From NCBI RefSeq assembly GCF_037042905.1, contig NC_087251.1, positions 10,542,001 through 10,606,000 on the forward strand: 64,000 bases of DNA. The letters are read 5' to 3'. Both the position numbers and the translations under genes were made by a program. The notes under the pieces were generated by a model. That model had not been told where the DNA came from. It ran no database searches and was given only the letters and a program-made list of their open reading frames with translations. The DNA comes from Lytechinus pictus. Taxonomy: Eukaryota. Positions 1 to 10,143 of this stretch are shown in pieces. Each line of letters opens with the position of its first letter. The first letter of the stretch is position 1.

Positions 1-34
1 AATATAATTATATCACAACTTTATTGTACTGTAC

Positions 35-211
35 CTGGCTCTTATTGACATCATCATTAGGATGAATAGGAGTTTTACTTCCTAGTTCTCCACCCATCAT
101 CATGATAGCTCTATTGCTAATTACTTCATTCACATTCATATTAGTCTGTGTACCAGACCCTGTTTGCCAAATCACTAAAGGGAAGTGATCATTCAATGTA
201 CCAGCAATCAC
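35..211 (-). CDS. FH: Fumarate hydratase exon 4 (gene continues left of the window)
   Basis: Acceptor TTTTGCAG|, donor CAG|GTAC; 177 bp; [35 protein letters not shown]...[10 protein letters not shown] carries the fumarase [11 protein letters not shown] signature. Confidence 0.97.
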
Positions 212-1198
212 CTGCAAAAAGAGGGGGGGGGAGAAAGAACAATAAATATGATTTAAAAAATAAGACTTTTTTGTACGTTCATTCCATGGACCCATGATTT
301 GATCAATCCATGCATATCAAATTATCTTGTATAAGACATGGATGTAATGAACAAAATTATTGGGGGTGGTTGCTCTGACAGTTATCTACTACTACATGTA
401 CATGAGCAATAGTTTCATTCTCTAAATAATATCCTTGCTCTTATCTTTTCAAACTTACCACTCCTTCATTTTCCAATAGACGTGATAAGACTAGAAAAGG
501 ATGTCAGAGCAAATTCTCTTCAGTTTTCATTTAAATGGCAAATACATTTTACACACTATTTCATTTTTGTTATACCTTTTATACTTTTCAAGTTCAAAGG
601 AAAATTCATATTGCAGGAAATAAAAAAAAAAACATAATGAGCTTTCATATTTTTTCCTTATTATTTAAGAATCTTATACCGGTAGAAATAAGATCTGATG
701 AAAAATTACAAATGATCGCTTAACATTCAAGTTATACCAGCCACACACGGATAAAAAACCTATCCGAAATTTCTAGATGAAAATTTGTCTGTATCAGGAC
801 TCCCTTCACCTTTCAAAATTGATTTTTTTTTTTAAAATGACAATGCCACTTTTCCATAGAGCTCATTTCTACATTACAGCACTAATGTAAAAAAACTTTT
901 ACAAATCTTTAAGGCCAATGAGAGGGGCATGAAGGCCAGTCAACAAGACACCAACTGAAATAGCCTTTGATAGCCTTGGATTAAGTTAAGCCCTGGTTCT
1001 ATGCATCTATGTTTGAAGTACATGTATCTAACTACAAATTGAGTTAATTTCTGATCATTCCAAAATCTTACAGCATACAGTAAATAATAATATTAAGTGA
1101 TTTAAATCAAAATTTTTGCGGACCGATTTCTTCACAGTTTCAATGTCATGACCAGGACTCTTGTTTATCTATATATGTAGGCTCATATCAATACTCAC

Positions 1199-1309
1199 CT
1201 CATCTGCAGCTTTGGTAATAAAGTTAGACTTATCCACATCCAAACCAAATTCAGTGTTGACTTCGGCTGCACAACGTTTCAATATCCCAAATGATTTTAT
1301 GATAGGAAT
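1199..1309 (-). CDS. FH: Fumarate hydratase exon 3
   Basis: Acceptor GTTTTCAG|, donor GAG|GTGAGT; 111 bp; [37 protein letters not shown]. Confidence 0.95.
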
Positions 1310-2185
1310 CTGAAAACATTTAAGTAAAAGGATACAGTCAAACCTGATTTATGATCAGTGACCATCAATCTATGGAGATCAAACATTTGGTCTTCCTAAC
1401 ATAGCATTCCCCCAATAAAACATACTATACAGGAACCTGTCTGTAAAGACCAACTGCCCATAAAGACATTTTTTTCTTGTCTCCCTTGAGTGGTGTTTAA
1501 ATAATAGATTTTTTTATAATACTGAAACTGAAAAACATAAGTGTACAGTTATTCTTCCACTGGCAAATTCACTTTTTCTTTCATATCAGATAAAATAATT
1601 TCCAATAAAAGAAAATAGTACCTTTCCATTTTGGTGACTGTTTATAACCCTACATTATTATACTTGTCTTACTTAATTCTCCCACAAGAGCAAAGATACA
1701 ATAAGTTCTTATGATTCTAGTATTGATTAGTTTACTTGGATTTATACTGAACATGATGTACTTAAAGTATGCCCAGTTTCAGGTAAATAATCCCTTCACA
1801 TAAATTTACACTGAAGTTCTAATCCACCTTTTGTTACCTTTGCCAAGTACCCCATTAGACAAAGATTAAACATTTATCGATTCATTTTTTTTTTCAAACG
1901 TAATATTCAAACTTAAATAATTTTGAAACACCTCTCTGGTGTCACTTTTAAGACACCCAGTCAGTGCAAAAAAGGGTACAGATTATGAAAATCTTGAGGA
2001 AATATTTAGAAATTACATACTGTACATTAGTCATAAACAACTTAATTGATAATATCTGAAACAGTTTTGGACAATGGAGATAAATATCATGAAGTTATAA
2101 AACTAGCAAATACCAATACGATTTACAAAACTTTTGTGTATTCTAATATCTGTGAGGAATTTCTTCACTTTAATATAATACTTAC

Positions 2186-2311
2186 AGGCATGCGTTCTGT
2201 CTCCCCACCAATGTCAAAATTGGCAAGAGAGCGAGCTGTCATTGCTCCATAGTACTTGTCTGCAGGTACTGATATGTCCCCAAAGGTATCCCTTTCCACT
2301 CTGTATTGGGC
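2186..2311 (-). CDS. FH: Fumarate hydratase exon 2
   Basis: Acceptor TTCCAATAG|, donor CCT|GTAAG; 126 bp; [42 protein letters not shown] matches the class II fumarase N-terminus. Confidence 0.95.
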
Positions 2312-2329
2312 CTATTGGAAAGGGGGGAG

Positions 2330-2837
2330 AACAAATCATCCGACTGTAGAACATTGAGCCGAGCACATAATACGCCCGCCTGTAAGGCGTAAAATGGAGT
2401 TATTGGTCAAGCAAGAAAAGTGGAAGGTGGTGACTTAAAGTATATGAGCCTAGGTTAAGTTAAACTAAAGTTATCAAGTTTACTAGGACTCCAGAAGGGT
2501 AAGATGAAAACATGTCACTGTGACCTCAAAATCAATAGGCTTCCTGGGATCCATGGTAGTAACATACGATACACCAAAGTATATGAGCCTAGTTTAAGTT
2601 AAACTAAAGTTATTGCGTTTAAAAGGACTTCGGAAGGGTAAGATGTAAATATGTCAGAGACCTTGACATTTGGACTTCAAAATCAATAAGCTTCCTTGGA
2701 TCAATGCTAGTATCATACACACCAAATTATATGAGCCTAGGTTAAGTTAAATTGAAGTTATCGCATTTACAAAGAAGTTAACAGACGGACACCCAGCGTG
2801 ATACCATAATACGTCCCGTAGGACGGGTGTATACAAA
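2330..2837 (-). mobile_element. Helentron/DINE-like non-autonomous element with tandem core repeats
   Basis: Three ~140-150 bp repeats (TATATGAGCCTAGGTTAAGTTAAA at ~2441, 2580, 2728), repeated ATAATACG(T)CCCG subterminal motif, ACAGACGGAC segment and terminal hairpin CCCGT-AGG-ACGGG. Confidence 0.55.
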
Positions 2838-3315
2838 CCATTCTTTCCCCTTCCTATTGACATTTTACTATACAATTCATTTCAATAAAAATGTTTTGTC
2901 TCAAGATATGTAGATTTTTTATAAGAACGATAGATGCTATAAAGGTCTTCTCTATCAGAAGACATTAAATTGCAATTTATTATTCAAGTATGACCAAAGA
3001 CAGACCTTTTTTTCTAGGGTGTAAAAAATATCTTTGCACCAAATGGAATGAAATGTTTATCTTTAAAGGTTTTCATGGTGGACAGAATAATGGAAGTTTT
3101 GAGGTAAACACCACGTATGTAGTCCTAAAAAAGACTGTTAGTTATCTTTCTTGATGATTTGGTAGCTTTTATTAAGAACTGTTATTGATGCTTCAACCAG
3201 TGTGTTTTGGTCGTCATCAGGAATGATGATCCACTCGAATATTGGGTATATGACTGAGGTGGCAATGAAGAAGGTAATTTTAAGGTTCAAATTCAATTAA
3301 GGTTCAACTTCTACT

Positions 3316-3415
3316 TCTAGAGAGTAAAAATCATTTACTAACGTAGGCTAGTAAGCCTACGTTAGTAAGCCTACGTTAGTAAGCCTACGTTAGTAAATGA
3401 TTTTTACTCTCTAGA
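3316..3415. repeat. Perfect 34-bp inverted repeat with an internal triplicated 14-mer
   Basis: TCTAGAGAGTAAAAATCATTTACTAACGTAGGCT / AGCCTACGTTAGTAAATGATTTTTACTCTCTAGA with (AGTAAGCCTACGTT)x3. Confidence 0.95.
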
Positions 3416-3631
3416 TTCTAGAAGCCTCCTGGCTAGACCCCGGGCGGCCAGGCCACCACATGAGGACAGCGGGTCGCGATGGCTCCGCTAGCATGGCTAG
3501 CGCTCCACGGGCTCGAAAAGCAATTATCAAACGAAAGTTAGACTTGATTACCACGTCTCATTTAGGGGGATTTCCCTTTTCCGACAACCATCCCATTCTA
3601 CAAAATAGAATACATTGTTAAATGAAATTAC

Positions 3632-3727
3632 CATATTCCTACACAGTCTATAGGAATAATTCAGCAACTCCGAAAAGTGGATCTGAAGTAGCGCTGTTCT
3701 TCCTCGCGTTAATCCTCGTCGAATCAT
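3632..3727 (-). CDS. FH: Fumarate hydratase exon 1 (mitochondrial targeting peptide, ends in a second Met)
   Basis: Minus strand reads MIRRGLTRGRTALLQIHFSELLNYSYRLCRNM (32 codons, Arg-rich, one acidic residue), then donor ATG|GTAATT. Phase 0 joins exon 2. Same layout as vertebrate FH exon 1, which also ends in the Met used by the cytosolic form. Confidence 0.8.
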
Positions 3728-3878
3728 GTTCGAATAAACGGCGCCGCTCCGGCCCCTGGCCCTAGTATAGTAGTCCTAGGCCCTGGATATACTACAAGCT
3801 TGCACTACACGGTACACTCTAGTCTAGATAGCAGTGGCGAAGGCGGAGCTATGATTTTTTTCCGGGGGGGGGAGGGTA

Positions 3879-4325
3879 CACTGCAAAAACTCTGGTGTTG
3901 ATTTAACACCAGCCCGGAATCTATACATGTCCACACCAGAAAAGTGTTAAACAAAATTAACACCAGTCTCGCTTTGATCTAACACCAGATAGGTGTTATA
4001 CGACACCTTCGGCAAGAAATTTATCCACATTGTGCTGCACTCGACCCAGGTGAGGTAAATGGGTACCCGGCAGGATTAATTCCTTGAATGCTTGAGCGCC
4101 TAGGCAGCCCAGCTAAAGCCGGGGTAATAATAGCAGGGCCCGCTGGGAGAACAGTTTTCGGAACTGAAGCGGCTACCCTGGGTAAATATACCGCTATTAT
4201 TATTATTATTATTATTAATTAGTAATTAAAACAGCATCGGTTAGATTCCAAACTGGTATCGTTTCAATACTGGTGCACATAGATTACGGGCTGGTGTTAA
4301 ATCAACACCGGAGTTTTTTGCCGTA
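3879..4325. mobile_element. MITE with CACTG terminus and ~45-bp TIRs (CACTA/EnSpm-like)
   Basis: CACTGCAAAAACTCTGGTGTTGATTTAACACCAGCCCGGAATCTA ... TAGATTACGGGCTGGTGTTAAATCAACACCGGAGTTTTTTGC. Confidence 0.7.
4005..4216 (+). mobile_element. 5'-truncated SINE nested in the MITE
   Basis: CORE-like segment CCTTCGGCAAG...GACCCAGGTGAGGTAAATGGGTACC and an (ATT)n 3' tail typical of L2/CR1-dependent SINEs. Confidence 0.65.
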
Positions 4326-5684
4326 CGTACTGGGGGGTCCTTGCTTTATAATGGGGGCAACAATAATTTTCTCTATGTGTGTGTATATGCGACAGGGATG
4401 GATCCAGCTTTCGCCAATCGGGGGGGGGGGGGGGCGCCGATTATTTTTCACCCATATTTATTCCGGCCCCGGCCGATCGGTCACTCAACGTTTATTTTTG
4501 TTTTTCTATGAAGGGGTAGATCTAGTCTAGTCCTCACTTTCACTTCTTAGCTTAATTTAGTAGACGTTCTGGCCTGATCGAAATGGGAAGACGATACATA
4601 TTTCAACAATTTATAAATAATGTGAGCGCGAAGCGCGAGCTGAAGTTTCTGACATTCTGACCTTAAAGAAATTGTAAATCTATATAAGCACTTTTTTGTA
4701 TCATGCATGAAAGGGGTATAGTAGGTATATTATGTAACTTAACAATATTGATGCGAGCGGCGCGAAGAAGAAAATTGAGATTTTAGACCTATAAGTGAAA
4801 CCAGTGGACGTTCTATATAGTCATGTTTTGTAAATCACGAATAGGATATGGGTAATTGTTTATCTTCCTACATCAATAATGCGAGCGTGAAGCACGAGCA
4901 GAAAATTATTAATTTTTTAATCTATAGCTGGATAATTTAAGCACGGGGTTTTAAATAGAGATCGGATGCATATCTCAATGTGTGCGCTTGTTTTAGATTT
5001 CTAAGACCTAGAATCTGGGCATTCTGAATATTTGTTTTAATCATGAATAGTGCGCGCTCGAAGCGCGAGCTGAAAACATTTAATATTCCGATCTAAAAAA
5101 GGTAAATTTAAGCACTATTTCAATCACTGTGTTTTGTGAAGTGGATGTGGATCATTAATAAATGATGCAAGCGCGAGGGGCGACTGAGCTGATATTTCGT
5201 TATTATTATTTTGACCTAGGATCAAATGAAAATAATGACCAACTTTGTATTATTCCTGAGTGCGAGATGAAAATTGACGATGTCGATATTCCATTCTGAA
5301 AAAGGGCCAATTTAATTATAGGAATTCATGAAAATTTTCTTATTTATTAACCTAATATTTTAAGCAATATAAGTGACATCACTTTTAAATAATAAAGACC
5401 CGGTATTTCTATTATGGTTTTCATGTAGCCTTCTCTAGCTTTTCCCCCTGGCTGCTATTATTTCAAGCTTTCAGCTTACGATAGCTGGCCGCCTCTGCAT
5501 TTAAATCTATTTGTTATTGTTTACATGCATTATATTTCTATATATCTACTCGATTGATTGATTGATTGCATTTATTCTTTTTCATTCCAAAATTTAACAA
5601 ATGTTACAATGCCGCGAAAGCAAACACAAAAAATATAATATACAGAAATATTATTGTTATAAATTTGTAATTTTGATTTATTAA

Positions 5685-6289
5685 AGGTCAAGTCCACCCC
5701 AGAAAATTGTTGATTTTAATCGAAAGAGAAAAGTCAAACAAACATAACGCTGCAAATTTCATCAAAATCGGATGTAAAATAAGAAAGTTATGACATTTTA
5801 AAGTTTCGCTTATTTTTCACAAAACAATTAAATGCACAACTCAGCGATGTGCAAATGAGAGAGTCGATGATGTCCATCACTCACTATTTCTTTTGTTTTT
5901 TTATTGTTTGAATAATACAATATTTCAATTTTTACAGATTTGACAATAAGGACCAACTTACCTTAACCACAAACTGTTACAATAATGGTAATTTCACATG
6001 TTCAGGGAGAAATAAAACTTTGTTTCTCTTGACAAGGAGGAGAAAATTAGAATATCTCATATTTCATATAATAAAATACAAAAGAAATAGTGAGTGGGTG
6101 ACATCATCAGTCTGCCAATTTGCATACCGACCAGGATGTGCATATAACTGTTTTGTGAAATTAAGCGAAACTTTAAAATGTCATAACTTCCTTATTGTAA
6201 ATCCGATTTTGATGAAATTTTCAGTGTTTTGCTTGTTGGATTTTTCTCCTTTTTTTCAAATCAACTTTTTATTGGGGTGGACTTGTCCT
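5685..6289. mobile_element. Kolobok-like MITE (TTAA TSD)
   Basis: TTAA|AGGTCAAGTCCACCCC ... GGGGTGGACTTGTCCT|TTAA. Confidence 0.85.
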
Positions 6290-8156
6290 TTAATAAATGC
6301 AGAAATACCTGCTCAAAACATATGCTTAATGAGAGCGTGGAATTTGTTGATATTAAAGCCTGAAAACTGGACATTTTAAGCATTTTGTAATTATGAATAA
6401 GACGCATGGCTTCATATATTTTTAAAAATTAATGTGAGCGCAAATCGTGAGCCGATTTTTTTTTATAAACTGTAATGAAAAGTGGATTAAAGTAGCTTGT
6501 TATATAGAATAGAATTAATACAGGTATACATAACTCACCAATCAAAATGTGAGCGCGCAGCGCTATAGCTGATAGGCCTATACGTTTTGACAATCACACC
6601 TGAAAAGGGATATTTTGAGAACTTTATGATGCAGATGGAATACACGAAGACAATAGGAACTTAGCAACACTTGGCAAATCAAATAATGCGACCGCGCAGC
6701 GTGAGCTGAAAATGTTGATATTTAGAACAATAAAACGGACATATTACTTACAGAGCACTTTAGAAATAAAATTGTAATTGAAAAAAATAATGAAAGATCG
6801 ATATCCGAGCTGAAATGTGTTTTGTATACTGACTTCAAGACTTTATATTTTAAGCTCTATATCGCCTATTAAGCAAGATATGAATATAAACAGGCAATGC
6901 GAGCGCGAAGCGCGAGCGAAAATTATAGGCCTATATACATGTAGTGACATGAAAGATTTTTTTGCAATTCTTTCCCTCACCTTATTTCATTCACTTGTCT
7001 TCCTTCTCTTATTTTTATCTTCTTTTTTTCGCCCTCTCTTTCCCCTTCTTTTTCTTTTTTCCTTCCTTTCCCTTTTTTTTTCTCCGCCAATAGAGGGGAG
7101 GGGGGCTGGGGCCCATCGGCCCCACTGGATCTGCCTATGTGTGAAAAAAATATAGGCAAAGTGATTGTTATGATTTATTCCCGTTTCAATTCTGTGCTTT
7201 CATTGTCAGAGAAACATGTATAACGTTTTTCAGGGGGCACCTGGGGGCACACCAAATCTCGGGGGGAGGGGCACGTACCCCTCCACGCCCCCCCCCGTAG
7301 CTACGCCCCTGGTACATCGTCCACCTCTCCAGTGCGGCGACGCGACCCCCCCCCCCCAAAAAAAAAAAAAAGCGTTCAAAACGTTCATGGGACCCACTTT
7401 TTTAGGGGGGGTTCATGACGCTCCAAATGATCATACGGATATGGACACTACTGTAGAAATCAGCCTGCTTTGTGGTGCGGGGTATTGATTTCATTATTGC
7501 CAGATCGACTGCGTCTTTCTAATCTCAATAAAACTCTAACTTTGAATAAAATGTTGAAATGCATGGCAAACACGTACAAAATAGTAAAAATGCAAATTTA
7601 ATTTGTCTTTTTGAAATTGCAGTTGTAATTGGCAAAGTAATTGTATTTAATAACCATTGATATAGATAGAGCTAGATTACATGTAAGTTCTGGAGCTCGA
7701 TCGCCGGGGGGGGGGGGGGGTCTCTATTGATGTATATAGGCTGTATGCAGTCTCCTGCGGATTCAATAAGTAATTGGGAAGCTACAGAGTATTTTGTATT
7801 GGTTGTTTGATATATTTTTTATAGTCCGATTTATTTTTTTTAGGTTTTGAAACGGAAATTCTAATCAGTTTGTATTCGTGAAAAGGATGAGTAGGCCTAT
7901 CTTGCTTAAGAAATTATGCGAGCGCGAAGCACGAGGTGAAAATTTTTCATATTCCAATCTGAAAACTCTACATTCATTAAGTTTTTTCAATAAAACGAGA
8001 TATGTAGCTTGACATGCGAGCGCGAGAAATTAGTTGGACATGTTAATCACTGTTTAACAGAGGCGATTCCAGCTTTCGCCAAACGCCGTTAAAAGCCTAT
8101 ATTTTTTGAGGGGGTAGTCCTTATACCCAGCCAGAGTTATCTATTGATAACTCTGT

Positions 8157-8640
8157 ACCCAGCTAGAAAACAAATATGGGGCCATCTGGATACCACGTGG
8201 GCGCAATTCCGTTCCCAAATGGATAAAATATGGGCTACCATAATTACATGGTACCCAGATGGCCAAATATAGGACCCAGATGCCCCATCTGGGGCCCATA
8301 TTCCGTCAGTGCACCATGGTCCCAATCCGGGCCCCATAATAGCATGTGGGTTTCATGCGGGTTGGTATGTGGGCCGTGGAACATAATTATAGAGCCCATA
8401 TAGATCCTAGATAAACCATCTGGGCCCCATGAAGACCTATCTGGGTACCATATGGGCTAGATTTTCCAACATGGTACCCATAATAGGCCCCAGATTGGTT
8501 CAAGTTTTCATCTGGGTTCCATGTGGGTCCCATATGGTTTCAAGATCGTGTTTTTTTTAAATCTTGGATCCACATGGCCGGCCCCATGTTGGTTAAAGTG
8601 TATGTTTTCATTTGCGTTCCATGTGGGCTCATTCAAACAT
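8157..8640. repeat. Truncated CCCAGC-ended element made of short GGGCCC/CCATGTGGG/CCATCTGGG repeats
   Basis: Starts TA-CCCAGCTAG; many degenerate ATCTGGGNCCCAT units; no right TIR seen. Confidence 0.45.
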
Positions 8641-10143
8641 AATTAGTGTCATTAAGGTCATTTTTTGCAACCCCTTACACTAAGTTTATCTAATTTCCAT
8701 TTTCACCTTTTCTTATTTCACTCACTTTATCGATATTTCTCCTCCTTTTTTATTTTTCAAAATTCCTTTTGTATTTTTTGCGCCGCCAATATAGGGTGGG
8801 TGGCCATGGACCTGGCCACGGAGGATTATTGTTACTGGGGGTGCTGTGACAATGCTCAGCATCCCCAGTAACAATAGAATAATCCTACGTGGTCGTGGAC
8901 AGGGCCCTGTCCACGTTGTTGCGTTGTTGTATTAATGCGAGCGCGAAGTGCGTGCTGACTTCCCCCCTTTTTTTTTTTGGGGGGGGGGGGTGGTGATTGA
9001 GACTGTCAAAACGGGACATTCTAAGCACCTTATGAAATCATAAGCAAGCGCTGAGAACATTTGATATACAATGTGTAGGCCCATGCACTGCTACTGAGAA
9101 GGAAAGGGGACAGATCAAAGACTCAAGTCAAACGGGATAGGCTACACATATCTCGCCAATGAAATAATGCGAGCTAAAATTGTTTATATTCAGCAAAAAT
9201 TTCGACATTTTAATACAAAAATCTAATTTTGTGATAGATTTTGACATAATATTTAGAAAATAATATTATAGTATCATAATTATTTCACCATTAACTCTTT
9301 CCTTTTATTTTTTTTCCTTGGTCGCGATTTCTATTTAGGGGAAGCCCCCTCAATGCACGCCCCCCTTCTGTACGCCATTGGCGTAGGGCGATCGGTTTTG
9401 TTGTTTTACATGACATAGTCCCCTCCTGTTTGTGTCATCCTGCTTCCTTTCCTTATATTTTTCTTCCCATTCCTCCTCTATAGCTCTTTGCGACATTTCC
9501 TTCATTCAAGTCTTTCCGCCCCTTTAATCTTTTTTTTTCTATTGGCAAACGGCGGGCCTGCGGGTGGCTGCTGAACACAGGAAACCCCTCTGGTTACGGG
9601 CCTGCAATTTGATCTTAAATTTATAGGGCTACATCGGCCCTATAGGGCCATACATCGGCCCAATATTTATTTAGACTTGAGGGGCGCGGCCTATGTATAT
9701 CTTGAGACTTGAGCAGCTGTCACTCTCGAGTCCCCGGCTCGAGTCTCAAGCGTCTCTTTTGGAACGTAGCTTCCTAAATAAATCAATAAAAAAAATACAC
9801 GCATTCTCCTTTTCCATGTTTGGGTAGAAGTGCATGAACTAAATTGTAATCTGAAGGCGAGTTAAAAACATAAAGATATATAATAATAACGAGTAATATT
9901 TCTATGGTTAAAAACATAGAGATATATGGTTAAAAACTATAAGAGGATTTTTCATGGTAAATATACCATGACAAAAAAACTTTGAAAGGTATACACACAA
10001 TTCAAAACAATAATAAAGAGATGAAATATTGTAAAATATATCTTTTTAGAATTTTATTATATTTAGTTACATTTTTATTGTAAAACTATAAAATCTATTT
10101 ATGAAAAGGAAACAATTGCTATAGATTCGAAACACTATAGTCT

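Larger units (their letters stand above)
3832..7311 (+). mobile_element. Composite non-autonomous DNA element (CAGTGGCG/CAGGGGCGGATCC-type ends) with GCGAGCGCGAAGCGCGAGC arrays
   Basis: Ends CAGTGGCG... and ...GTAGCTACGCCCCTG; inner unit 4393-7139; colinear with the copies at 10144-13958 and 28627-29980. Confidence 0.6.

Noticed and set aside
44..64. HPNDDVN instead of vertebrate HPNDHVN, as a sign of bacterial origin
   Set aside because: Single-residue variant also found in E. coli FumC; intron positions are animal-type, so no support for horizontal transfer.
6020..6379. ORFs inside TTAA MITEs (also 32169-32525, 28085-28318, 55114-55452)
   Set aside because: Non-coding MITE arms without transposase motifs.
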